DNA of 30,951 nt. Origin: Thermofilaceae archaeon. GTDB taxonomy: Archaea; Thermoproteota; Thermoprotei; Thermofilales; Thermofilaceae. Position numbers and translations under genes: made by a program. Position 1 is the first letter of the stretch, and each line of letters opens with the position of its first letter. Below, in pieces: positions 15,987 to 24,514 of this stretch. The DNA lies in assembly GCA_038727095.1 (NCBI GenBank), contig JAVYWK010000022.1, positions 1 to 30,951 on the forward strand. Reading direction: 5' to 3'. The notes beneath the pieces were generated by a model, which had not been told where the DNA came from, ran no database searches, and saw nothing but the letters and a program-made list of their open reading frames with translations.

Positions 15987-17705
15987 ATGTCGATTCTACA
16001 CGTAACGTCAGAGCTAGAGCCGCTGAAGCGTTCCGGTCTGCTGGCCAGCTGGGTCTGGGATAGCGTGAGGAGGGAGGGGGGAAAGGTCCTACTCATTGGC
16101 TACGACGGACGTACGGTTATCGATGGCATAGAGGTTGTCGGTGGGGGCAGCGCGCCGCGCGTCGCTACATCCGACACGGTGGAGTGGACTTTCATCGAGC
16201 TCTTCACGGCTCTGGCGGAGGCTCCCTACAGGCTTGACCCACGCGGGCTCAAGGTTGTTGAAGGGCACGAATGGATGGGCGCCCTCGTCGCGTACATCCT
16301 ATCGAAGCGGCTAAACCTTCCCTTCCGCTACTCCATCTACACGCGGGAGGAGGAGCGGGGAGGCTCCGGCCTTGTGTCGGAAACTGTCAAAAGTATCGAA
16401 TTCTTCCTAGAGGCTGAGGCTGACGAGGTAGTGGAGAAGCTGAAGGGTCGTGTATCACGAAGGCAAACCGCGGGAGCCCCCATAGCAGCTAGGGCCTCTG
16501 GGGTTCTCCATGTTTCTTGGGAGTACCCCCCACACGTGGTTGGGGGTCTTGGTCGCGCAGTAACCAGCATCGCGAGAAGGATGGCCGCCCACACCACCAC
16601 CTGCGTGCTAACGATCGGTTTGCCCGGCAGAGTCTATGATGAGACCAATGACAATCTGGTAGTGCTCAGAGTTGACCCGTTCCGCTTGAGGAGCACGGGG
16701 CTCGTATCGTGGGTCTACGCATTCAACCTGCTGATGATCGCGAAAGTCCTGGAAAGCGGCTTCAGGCCGAAGATCATCCACGCCCACGACTGGCTCAGCG
16801 CGCCTGCAGCCATAGCGCTAAAGCACCTGCTGAAGGTTCCGCTCATCGCCACGATGCACGCCACGGAATATGGAAGGAGCAGAGGGAGCATATATACGCC
16901 GATGCAGAGTCAGATACACTACTGGGAGTGGAGGCTCACCTACGAAGCTTGGAGAGTCTTCGTCTGCAGCCACTCGATGAAAGACGAAGTGATGGCCGCT
17001 TTCTCCCTGCCTCCCGATAAGTTGACGGTGCTTCCCAACGGGATCGACCTGGAAGAAGTCGATGCGCATACGCCAGCACCCGGGGAGAGGGACAGGTACG
17101 CGTTGCCCTGGGAGAGGATAGTGTTCTTCGCCGGCCGGCACGTTTACGATAAAGGAGTGGACACCCTTGTTGAGGCTGCGCGGGCGATCCTATCGAGGAG
17201 AGTGGATGCGAAGTTTGTGATCGCGGGCGACGGCCCTATGCGCATGCACCTGGAGTGGATGGTCAGGAGCTACGGGTTGGGCAGCAAAGTCCTGTTCACT
17301 GGCAGGATCAGCGACAGCGAGCTGTATAGGGCTATGAGGCTGGCGGACATCGTCGTCATCCCCTCCCGCTACGAACCTTTCGGCATAGTCGCGCTCGAAG
17401 CTATGGCGGCCGCCAAGCCGGTCGTAGCCTCAAGGGTCGGCGGGCTAGCAGAGATCGTTGAGGACGGCGTTACGGGTCTGCTAGTGCCACCCGAAGACCC
17501 TGGAGCACTGGCTGCAGCGATCGAGCACCTCTTGAACAACCCTGAGCTTGCGAGGGAGATGGGGCTCAGGGGGAGGAGGAGGGTGGAGGAGCTGTACAGG
17601 TGGGATAAGATCGTCAGGTACCTACTTCACGTGTACCGGAGGGTGTTGGAGGAGTACTCTGTGTGCGGTTGGCGCGCGCTCTTCGACTACGCTCAGCCAG
17701 CTTAA
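15987..17705 (+). CDS. Glycosyltransferase family 4 protein with an extra degenerate N-terminal GT4 domain
   Basis: Full GT4 from 'LHVSWEYPP..VGGLG' through 'HAHDW', 'PNGID' and 'PSRYEPFGIVALEAMA'. The first ~150 aa repeat the N-domain pattern ('LHVTSE', 'GHEW'). Confidence 0.88.
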   Translation: MSILHVTSELEPLKRSGLLASWVWDSVRREGGKVLLIGYDGRTVIDGIEVVGGGSAPRVATSDTVEWTFIELFTALAEAPYRLDPRGLKVVEGHEWMGALVAYILSKRLNLPFRYSIYTREEERGGSGLVSETVKSIEFFLEAEADEVVEKLKGRVSRRQTAGAPIAARASGVLHVSWEYPPHVVGGLGRAVTSIARRMAAHTTTCVLTIGLPGRVYDETNDNLVVLRVDPFRLRSTGLVSWVYAFNLLMIAKVLESGFRPKIIHAHDWLSAPAAIALKHLLKVPLIATMHATEYGRSRGSIYTPMQSQIHYWEWRLTYEAWRVFVCSHSMKDEVMAAFSLPPDKLTVLPNGIDLEEVDAHTPAPGERDRYALPWERIVFFAGRHVYDKGVDTLVEAARAILSRRVDAKFVIAGDGPMRMHLEWMVRSYGLGSKVLFTGRISDSELYRAMRLADIVVIPSRYEPFGIVALEAMAAAKPVVASRVGGLAEIVEDGVTGLLVPPEDPGALAAAIEHLLNNPELAREMGLRGRRRVEELYRWDKIVRYLLHVYRRVLEEYSVCGWRALFDYAQPA

Positions 17706-18291
17706 GGGCAATGTAGACGGTTAACGCGGCCAGCACCGCGGCACCCGCGATGTCCAGGTAGGTGGAGTACGTTCGTACCACGTGCCAGTTCTCCCCCAGC
17801 ACGAAGCCAAGGTAAGCGAAAATCGCGTTCCAGGGGAGGCTACCAATCAGGGTCGCAGCGGTAAACGCCGGCAGGCTCATCCTCGCCATGCCAGCCGGCA
17901 GGCTGATGACGGACCTCACACCCGGCACCAGCCTACCTCCGACAACAGCCGCGAAGCCGCTCCGCTGGCTGAAGAACCTTTCTGCCTTCTCAAGGTCCCG
18001 CTCATCTATAAAGAAGCGTTTTAACAGCTTGATTAAGGCAGGGCGGGCAATCTTCCAGCCTAGCAGATACTGGATGAAAGCGCCAGTCAGGTTGCCCAAA
18101 GTGCCCACTATGGCCACCTGCCAGAGAGCTGCATCACCTCTGCTCGCCAGGAGGCCGGCGAGAGCCATCACCACTTCCCCCGGTATCGGGGCGAGCAGTA
18201 GCTCTAGCACTGCTAGCACGTACAACCCCGCGAGCCCCATACCCGAAAGGAGCGTGAGGGCAGCCTCTACGGTGCTCTCCACAATCGACAT
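17614..18291 (-). CDS. DedA family membrane protein (start likely ATG 18291)
   Basis: 'PIPGE..M.LAG', 'G...GA...Y.LG', 'AERFF' and 'GRLVPGVRSVISLPAG..RM'. Confidence 0.9.
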   Translation of the reverse strand: MSIVESTVEAALTLLSGMGLAGLYVLAVLELLLAPIPGEVVMALAGLLASRGDAALWQVAIVGTLGNLTGAFIQYLLGWKIARPALIKLLKRFFIDERDLEKAERFFSQRSGFAAVVGGRLVPGVRSVISLPAGMARMSLPAFTAATLIGSLPWNAIFAYLGFVLGENWHVVRTYSTYLDIAGAAVLAALTVYIALKLAERSRRARANRTQSTPPTPSGTREVGT

Positions 18292-18353
18292 ACAGCCTGC
18301 GAGCTGAGGAATCGACAATATAAGGAAAACGGTCCCTTACCGAGGGGGAGTGA

Positions 18354-18800
18354 CTAGTTCACGCGAGCACTACGGTTTGAAGTGTGAAAAGCCGTGCGCC
18401 TGGGGCGCGAGGAATCGCATCGAAAACCAGAGGGAGCGCGCCAGCAAGATGTAAAAAAGACGATTTGGGGTAAGTCGGGGAATAGTACCCAGCCGTAAGA
18501 GCGCACTAGGGCGCCCTCAATGAACGCCCACAGCGTCAAAGCGACGAGAATTGGGAGAGATGTACGAAAGGTCAGGTACTTTCTCCTTTGCGGATCCCCA
18601 CCAGTTAGAAAGCCCGCGAAATCCCAAACAGTTGAGATGGACAACAGGAAGGCCCATCTAAGGTACGTGAAAGCGCCGGGGTGAAACCAAAGCCCAGTTC
18701 GAGTCACCTTTTCCACGTAAAGAAAAATATTTACAGCTACGAGTGTAACGCAGAGCACTGTGAAGAAAAGACTTCCATAATCGCCCCGCGATCGAGGCAT
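18354..18800 (-). CDS. Hypothetical membrane protein, possibly frameshifted near the C-terminus
   Basis: About three hydrophobic segments followed by an abrupt hydrophilic tail after a T6 run. It resembles the 19139-19555 product. Confidence 0.55.
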   Translation of the reverse strand: MPRSRGDYGSLFFTVLCVTLVAVNIFLYVEKVTRTGLWFHPGAFTYLRWAFLLSISTVWDFAGFLTGGDPQRRKYLTFRTSLPILVALTLWAFIEGALVRSYGWVLFPDLPQIVFFTSCWRAPSGFRCDSSRPRRTAFHTSNRSARVN

Positions 18801-19138
18801 ACAGATGCACCAGCTTATGTAATTTTAGACCATTTTTAAGTTTTTAATTCCTAGGCATCTAAGGTATCCTCCGGAACTTCTTGGCATAGCCGAAGTCTTC
18901 CTTCCACACCTCTGGGACTCCACAAGGGTATCCGCAGATAACGAGGCTGAATCACGAATGGAACTCGACTGGTAAAGACGGTAACCGAGGAAGCCGTGAT
19001 CGGGGAAGCCTTCTGCAAGCTATTGGAGAACGAGATGCAACTCTCATTGGCAGCAGCCCCAGAGCACCCTAGAGAAGCCGCTATCCACGCTTCGCCCCCA
19101 CGCCCACTGGATTCTCCACAGAGCGGGAAGACCAAAAT

Positions 19139-19555
19139 CTACTGAACCCTAGAAGAAGACCTTAGTGTGTACCCTTTCATGATAATGCTTAGAAGCGAAA
19201 AGAGCCAAAATAACCCGATGGTAGGTATTCCGAGTAAGTGAGCTTGCTTTCCTGTTAGCGCGTAGTAAGCCTGAACCCCTAACCACAGCGTTGTCACAAC
19301 GAATACTGAAATTGCTGCATAAAGGGACGGGTAGGGCTTCCACTCCGGTTTCTTTAGTTCAACGAGCGATGAAAGGCCGTAGCTGAAAAGCATGAGGGAA
19401 AACACAGTTGTAGTATCCGTGAGAAAGGTGATGTCTAAACGTCCTGACTTAATTCTTACTGGAATTTCTGCGATCAAGAAACCAAGTGCCATAACGAGCA
19501 TTACCCCAGAAAACCACGCAATTAACTTCGAAGGCTTTCCAGATACATCAGCCAT
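19139..19555 (-). CDS. Hypothetical membrane protein with about four TM helices
   Basis: Four hydrophobic segments, a GGGGGTAGG SD-like motif and an AT-rich promoter-like region upstream. Confidence 0.65.
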   Translation of the reverse strand: MADVSGKPSKLIAWFSGVMLVMALGFLIAEIPVRIKSGRLDITFLTDTTTVFSLMLFSYGLSSLVELKKPEWKPYPSLYAAISVFVVTTLWLGVQAYYALTGKQAHLLGIPTIGLFWLFSLLSIIMKGYTLRSSSRVQ

Positions 19556-19924
19556 TATCCTACCCCCTTAACTATCAGCCAAATAACATAATAAAAAACT
19601 ACCTTGATTAGGGAGGAATTCACACATATCCCGAGCAGCTAGGCTGAGGGTAGCAGGAGGGATTTTCGGTAAACAGTAAAAGTCTCGGTTTAGCGATAGG
19701 GTCTGCGTAACCCGATGAGTAGGACGATGCTGGATGCGTTTGTACAGGGATCGACGCTTTGGCTTTAGTTACAGGGTTTGATGGGCTTTCAAGCGTGCAG
19801 CTTGGTGGAAGCATCGGCAGCCCGTTTTGGCCCTGCATTACGATCTAGGCTGGAGAGCAGATGCGGGGCGTTGATTTTAGAATGCCTGCAGAGTCCCTTA
19901 AGGAGCCTGCTGGTGGACTCGGGA

Positions 19925-20986
19925 TTAGTGCTTTGAGAGTCTTCTGAGTTTGTTGGCGCTTTCGTAGAGGGCGAGGATGTTCTCCAGCGGTGTTTCGGGA
20001 AGAATTGTGTGGCTGGGTCTGAGGGTGAAGCCCGTGGGTCCCATCGCCTCAAGCACGCGCCTAACCTCCTCTGCGACTTCGTGGGTCTTCATGAGGGGTA
20101 GGCGTTGAACGCCGATGCCTCCCTCGAAGCTCAATTCGTCGCCGTATCGCTCCTTAATCTGCTTTAAGTTCATGCACTCGGGCTGGAGGGGCTCGAGGAC
20201 GTCGACCCCCACTTCGATTAGATCGGGGATGATGGGTTCGATCCAGCCGTCGCTGTGGAAGTGGAAGAAGACTCCACGCTTGTGAATCGCGTCGGCGAGG
20301 CGCCTGTACCGGGGCTTCAGGAAGCGGCGCCATAGCTGGGGGGAGATCAGCATCGTGGTTTGAGCCCCCACGTCGTCGCCCCCGTAGACCTGGTCGACAC
20401 CCGCTTCAGCCAGAAGCTTAGCCTGCTGCTCGGCGATCGCGAAGAGCCTATCCAGCACGTACTCCACCTTCCAGGGCTCGCGTAGCATTAGCCTGTAGAT
20501 CAGGTTGTAGCCGAAGAGGGCGCACGCCGTCTCGAAAGGCTGGAGCGTTGCAGCGATCACGCAGTAGTCCTCGTGAAGCCTCCGGAACTTTTCAACACTG
20601 CCGAAGTCCTCCTCCCGCACCTCCGGGAACGCGTACTCCCTCACGTCGATCCTCTGAAGCGGGTGCTCCACGTACATGCTCGTCCGCCCATCGCTCGAGA
20701 AAGCGGTAACGACACCGAGCATGTTCCGGTGGCAGCGCCTCCCCTGCTCGTCGGTGAACCATCGCTCCTCGTAGCCCCCCACCAAACCAACGCCCAGCCA
20801 GCTGATATTTGGGAGGAAGCCCCGGTACTCCACCTCCAGCTTCTCCAGCATGCGTTCCACTGTGTCCGCGTTGAGCGCGTCCATCAGGCTGCGAGCCGGC
20901 TGCGGCCACTCCACCCATATGCTGATCGGCACGGCGTCAACCTCCTCCCGGAGAACCGCTCTGAGAACCCTCTCTCTGGGTCTCAC
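19925..20986 (-). CDS. Uroporphyrinogen decarboxylase / MtaA-CmuA methyltransferase family protein; start moved to GTG 20986
   Basis: Typical start 'MRPRERV', 'GDD.G.Q...LISP..WR.F.KP', 'HSDG', 'PLQPECM' and 'PSH.I...TP.ENI'. Confidence 0.85.
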   Translation of the reverse strand: MRPRERVLRAVLREEVDAVPISIWVEWPQPARSLMDALNADTVERMLEKLEVEYRGFLPNISWLGVGLVGGYEERWFTDEQGRRCHRNMLGVVTAFSSDGRTSMYVEHPLQRIDVREYAFPEVREEDFGSVEKFRRLHEDYCVIAATLQPFETACALFGYNLIYRLMLREPWKVEYVLDRLFAIAEQQAKLLAEAGVDQVYGGDDVGAQTTMLISPQLWRRFLKPRYRRLADAIHKRGVFFHFHSDGWIEPIIPDLIEVGVDVLEPLQPECMNLKQIKERYGDELSFEGGIGVQRLPLMKTHEVAEEVRRVLEAMGPTGFTLRPSHTILPETPLENILALYESANKLRRLSKH

Positions 20987-21158
20987 ATGTAGAGCGCGAG
21001 AGGCGCGAAAATCAACCTGCCGCCCAAGCAACGTGCTCCTCGAGTGCAATGCTGTTTGTGGCTTGATGAGAAGCAGCCTCCGCACAGCATCTACGATTTA
21101 CGCGGACGCGGCGATTTAGGCCAGCAGGGTTAAATCCGAGCATACGGCACGGTACCAC

Positions 21159-22040
21159 ATGGAGAAAAGGATCCTCGGGAGGACGGGTTACAGGGTTACC
21201 ATTTTGACTATCGGTGGAGCTGGCCCCGGCTTCACCCCCTTCGCCGAGGAGGGCGTCAGAGCGTTCGAGATGGCAATCGAGAGGGGGTTGAACATGGTCG
21301 ACATCGCGCCGAGCTACGGTGAAGCAGAGGTTAGGCTGGGACCTCTGATAAGCAGGTACAGGGACAAGCTTGTAATCGCGGAGAAGACCCTTGAGAGAAC
21401 CAGGGAGGGCGCATTTAGGGAACTGAAGCAGTCGCTCTCTAGGCTGAACGTTAAGTACTTCGACATCTACCAGTTCCACGCTGTCAGTTCGCTGGAGGAG
21501 CTCGATAGGATCTTCGACAGGGGTGGCGCCATCGAAGCGTTCCTGGAGGCTAGGGATACGGGGTTGATCAAGTTCATCGGAATCACCGTTCACAACGATA
21601 TGCGCATCGTTTTGAAGGCGCTCGAACGCTTCGACTTCGACACAGTCCTAATCCCGGTTAACGCGGCCAGCATGATCGCCCCCAGCCCTGAGAACGATTA
21701 TCGCCCAGTGCTTAAGGCCGCCATGGACAGAGGCACTGGAATTATTGCGATCAAGGCTATCGCTAGGAGGAGGTGGTCTGGCGAACGGAAGATGATTGGG
21801 GATAGGCCCTTCACGACCTGGTACGAGCCCTTCGACAGCCAGGAGGATATCGACCTCGCAGTATGGTACACGCTATCTCAGCCGGGTGTTGCAACGTACT
21901 CGATGGCAGCTGAAGTCAGATTATGGCCCCACATCATAAGCGCGGGCGAAAGGTTCAGAATGTTAACCGAGGAGGAGCAACTTAGGATTATCGAGCTGTT
22001 TCGCGCGAAGCGCGCCAGCCCTCTTTTCCCCGAGCACTGA
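21159..22040 (+). CDS. Aldo/keto reductase
   Basis: 'KRILGRTG', catalytic 'DIAPSYG', 'EKT', 'SLSRL...YFDIYQFH' and 'GLIKFIGIT.H'. Confidence 0.92.
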   Translation: MEKRILGRTGYRVTILTIGGAGPGFTPFAEEGVRAFEMAIERGLNMVDIAPSYGEAEVRLGPLISRYRDKLVIAEKTLERTREGAFRELKQSLSRLNVKYFDIYQFHAVSSLEELDRIFDRGGAIEAFLEARDTGLIKFIGITVHNDMRIVLKALERFDFDTVLIPVNAASMIAPSPENDYRPVLKAAMDRGTGIIAIKAIARRRWSGERKMIGDRPFTTWYEPFDSQEDIDLAVWYTLSQPGVATYSMAAEVRLWPHIISAGERFRMLTEEEQLRIIELFRAKRASPLFPEH

Positions 22041-22122
22041 GGACGACTGTCCTACGAGAGTAGATTAGACCGAGCCTGTGAATTCATGCTTTAAATAGTG
22101 CCTCTGTAGTACGCGTTGAAGG

Positions 22123-23085
22123 GTGCCTATGGGTACCATAAGGACCGTACTTGGGGATATCTCACCCGGATCGTTCGGAATGGCTCTCACTCACGAGCAC
22201 ATCCTCTGCGACTTCGTTGGAGCCGATAAAGTCGATAGGTCGAGGTACGATAGGCGCGAAGTCTTTGAAATCATGCTGCCGCTGCTTAAAGAAATAAGAG
22301 AATTGGGGGTAACGGGTTTTGTCGACTGCACGCCCGCATTCATTGGGAGGGACCCACTTCTATTAGCGGAACTTTCAAGAGCCTCGAGCGTGCATATACT
22401 TACGAACACGGGCTTGTACAAGGAGCCGTACTTGCCCAAGTACTCTTTCGAATTATCGGCCGATGAGCTGGCGGAAATTTGGGCTCTCGAGGTAGAGGAG
22501 GGGGTTGAAGATGAGATCCTGAGGGCGCGAACGGGCAGAGTTGAGAGGTTCCCGGTCAAGGCTGGTTTCGTGAAGATCGCCGTGAACCCCGGCCACTTGT
22601 CCCCTATACAGGAGAAGATTGTCAGAGCTGCTGCTAGATGCAGCCTTTACACAGGTGCGGCGATAGTCTGCCACACGGGAGAAGGTACAGCTGCTCTCGG
22701 GCTCCTCCGAGTGATTGAAGAAGAAGGGCTTGACGCCGGTAGGTTGATTGTAGCACACTGCGATGCGATTGAGGATTGGAACTACCACATGGAGATACTC
22801 CAGCTCGGAGCCAATGTGTCGTATGACGGTGTTAGCGAAGAAACTGTCGGACGAACGCTCAAACTGCTAGAATCCGTGGTTTCTCACGGTTTTGATGAAC
22901 AGATCTTGCTGTCACAGGATTCGGGCTGGTACAACGTCGGTGAACCGAGAGGGGGTAGAATCAGAGGATACTCTTTCATAGTTAAGAAGTTCATTCCTCT
23001 ACTTGAGGAGAGAGGTTTTGACAGGAGCCTGATACAGAGGATATTCATCGAAAACCCATCCGCAGTTTTCCAATTAAAGAAGTAG
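22123..23085 (+). CDS. Phosphotriesterase/lactonase (PTE-like amidohydrolase) family protein; start 22123 or 22129
   Basis: 'IRTVLG', metal ligands 'THEH', bridging Lys in 'FVKIA', 'HTG', 'AHCD' and 'LSQD'. Confidence 0.9.
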   Translation: MPMGTIRTVLGDISPGSFGMALTHEHILCDFVGADKVDRSRYDRREVFEIMLPLLKEIRELGVTGFVDCTPAFIGRDPLLLAELSRASSVHILTNTGLYKEPYLPKYSFELSADELAEIWALEVEEGVEDEILRARTGRVERFPVKAGFVKIAVNPGHLSPIQEKIVRAAARCSLYTGAAIVCHTGEGTAALGLLRVIEEEGLDAGRLIVAHCDAIEDWNYHMEILQLGANVSYDGVSEETVGRTLKLLESVVSHGFDEQILLSQDSGWYNVGEPRGGRIRGYSFIVKKFIPLLEERGFDRSLIQRIFIENPSAVFQLKK

Positions 23086-23271
23086 CCCAAGGGTACTAAG
23101 GATACCGCGGTTCTCGAGATCGACGTCTGGCCCTCAAGGATAACTCGCTTTACCACTTGGGAATACAAGGGAGTCGCTTACTCCTCCTTTCGGAAAAAGG
23201 CTGAAGCGACCTCCACGCTGTCGCGGATAGGCTCTGCGAGCAAACAGCTGCCATGTTTCTAGCACTCTAAG

Positions 23272-23364
23272 CCGCATGGTCTAACCTGTGCTGCTAGGGA
23301 CCAATCCCAGTGGATGGAATTGTCGTGCGGGACAGTCCCGCATGGTCTAACCTGTGCTGCTAGG
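23272..23364. repeat. Perfect 27-bp direct repeat (CCGCATGGTCTAACCTGTGCTGCTAGG), two copies separated by 39 bp
   Basis: Copies at 23272-23298 and 23338-23364, read directly from the sequence. Confidence 0.95.
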
Positions 23365-23401
23365 AAAACTTTAAGCTTAGGATATTCAGCCAGGTCTGAT
23401 T

Positions 23402-23932
23402 GTGACCTCGGGGGTTAAATCGGGAGTTAAGCCCGGGAGATGGGGGGATGCCTTACTAATCGCTCTGCTCGCGTGGGCTGTTGCGGCTAGCGCGCTAGCC
23501 GCTCTAAATTACTCGAAAGTTGAGAATCTGACTTCTGAGCTCTCATCACTACGTGCAGCCCTCACGCAGACCGAGAGCGAGCTGCGCTCCCTGCGCGCAC
23601 GCGTAATCATCGTGAACATCGCCATCGATTACGGCAATGGTACCGTGGTGTGGTTCAACTCGACACCTCTCCCCCTAGGGTCGACTGTACTCAAAGCCCT
23701 CCTAGCCGTAGCTTCCAGAGTCGAGTACACCTACGGAGCATGGGGGGCCTACGTAACGTCCATCGATGGGGTAGCCGAGAAGATCCTTGCGGCAAACGAG
23801 GGTTACTCCTGGCTCTGGTACATCTACGATGCTGGGCAGCGGAAGTGGGTGCTGGGTCCCGTAGCTGCCGACCAGCAGGTTCTGAAGGACGGAGACACAG
23901 TTATGTGGAGGTTCGAGCACTGGAAGTTCTAG
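23402..23932 (+). CDS. Membrane-anchored DUF4430 (transcobalamin C-terminal-like beta-grasp) protein with a coiled-coil linker
   Basis: N-terminal TM helix, a heptad-like linker, then 'IDYGNGT', 'GAYVTSIDGV', 'W..Y' and 'AD...LKDGD.V.W'. Confidence 0.75.
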   Translation: MTSGVKSGVKPGRWGDALLIALLAWAVAASALAALNYSKVENLTSELSSLRAALTQTESELRSLRARVIIVNIAIDYGNGTVVWFNSTPLPLGSTVLKALLAVASRVEYTYGAWGAYVTSIDGVAEKILAANEGYSWLWYIYDAGQRKWVLGPVAADQQVLKDGDTVMWRFEHWKF

Positions 23933-24490
23933 ATGAGGGAGGAGCGCGAAACCCGGATACTCGCGTTTCTTTTAGCTTTAAGGAGCGGGGCAAAGGGTAG
24001 GTACACCCTCAGCAGAGAGCTTGGGTTGGGCGAAGGCGTGCTCCGCGGCCTTGCCGCTGAAGCGGCGAAGAGGGGTTACGTGCGGGTCGGTAGAGGCGGT
24101 ACCTGGCTGACGCGCGAGGGTTTGGAAGAGCTGCGCAGGCTTCTCAACAAGTGGCGCTTAATGGATGCTGTACTGCTTGAGGACGTGGAAGCTTGGGGGA
24201 GAAGGTTTCGGGGCGTGGCTGCGGCGCTGGATGGAAGGGTCGGGAACATCGTGGAGGCACGGGATGAGGCCGTGAGAGCTGGGGCTTACATGGCGTTGAT
24301 AATCGAGCGGAGTGAAAAGGGTTTTTCTCTGCCGCTAGTTGAGGGCTACGACTTGAAATCGAATGCCCCCCAGTTACACGACGCCCTGGTGCAGCTCCCT
24401 CTCGCGCCAACGTACGTCGTGGTTCTGGGTGAGCACATCTACCCGTGCGTTAAGGGCTTACTAAAGCTGGTGTCTTCAGCGAAGGTTTAA
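23933..24490 (+). CDS. DUF4443-like archaeal winged-helix protein
   Basis: 'GRYTLSRELGLGEGVLR', 'G..LT..G' and 'RDEAVRAGA'. Confidence 0.7.
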   Translation: MREERETRILAFLLALRSGAKGRYTLSRELGLGEGVLRGLAAEAAKRGYVRVGRGGTWLTREGLEELRRLLNKWRLMDAVLLEDVEAWGRRFRGVAAALDGRVGNIVEARDEAVRAGAYMALIIERSEKGFSLPLVEGYDLKSNAPQLHDALVQLPLAPTYVVVLGEHIYPCVKGLLKLVSSAKV

Positions 24491-24514
24491 AGCGGCACTG
24501 CCTACTGTAACCAC

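Noticed and set aside
18851-19135. 94-aa ORF (and the 72-aa ORF at 19620-19838) as real genes
   Set aside because: Their Ser/Pro/Cys-rich composition is atypical and they show no motifs. They are more likely eroded sequence.
21049-21090. Hairpin ATGCTG...CAGCAT with TGATGA in the loop, as a guide RNA
   Set aside because: There is no properly placed D box or ACA box and no clean K-loop geometry. The evidence is too weak.
23083-23085. Pyrrolysine read-through of the PTE TAG codon
   Set aside because: No pyl genes are in the window, TAG is a normal stop for many genes here, and the domain is complete at the stop.
23272-23364. Bona fide CRISPR array
   Set aside because: There are only two repeats, with no typical repeat terminus, no clear leader and no cas genes in the window. 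Kept as a repeat and as a finding.
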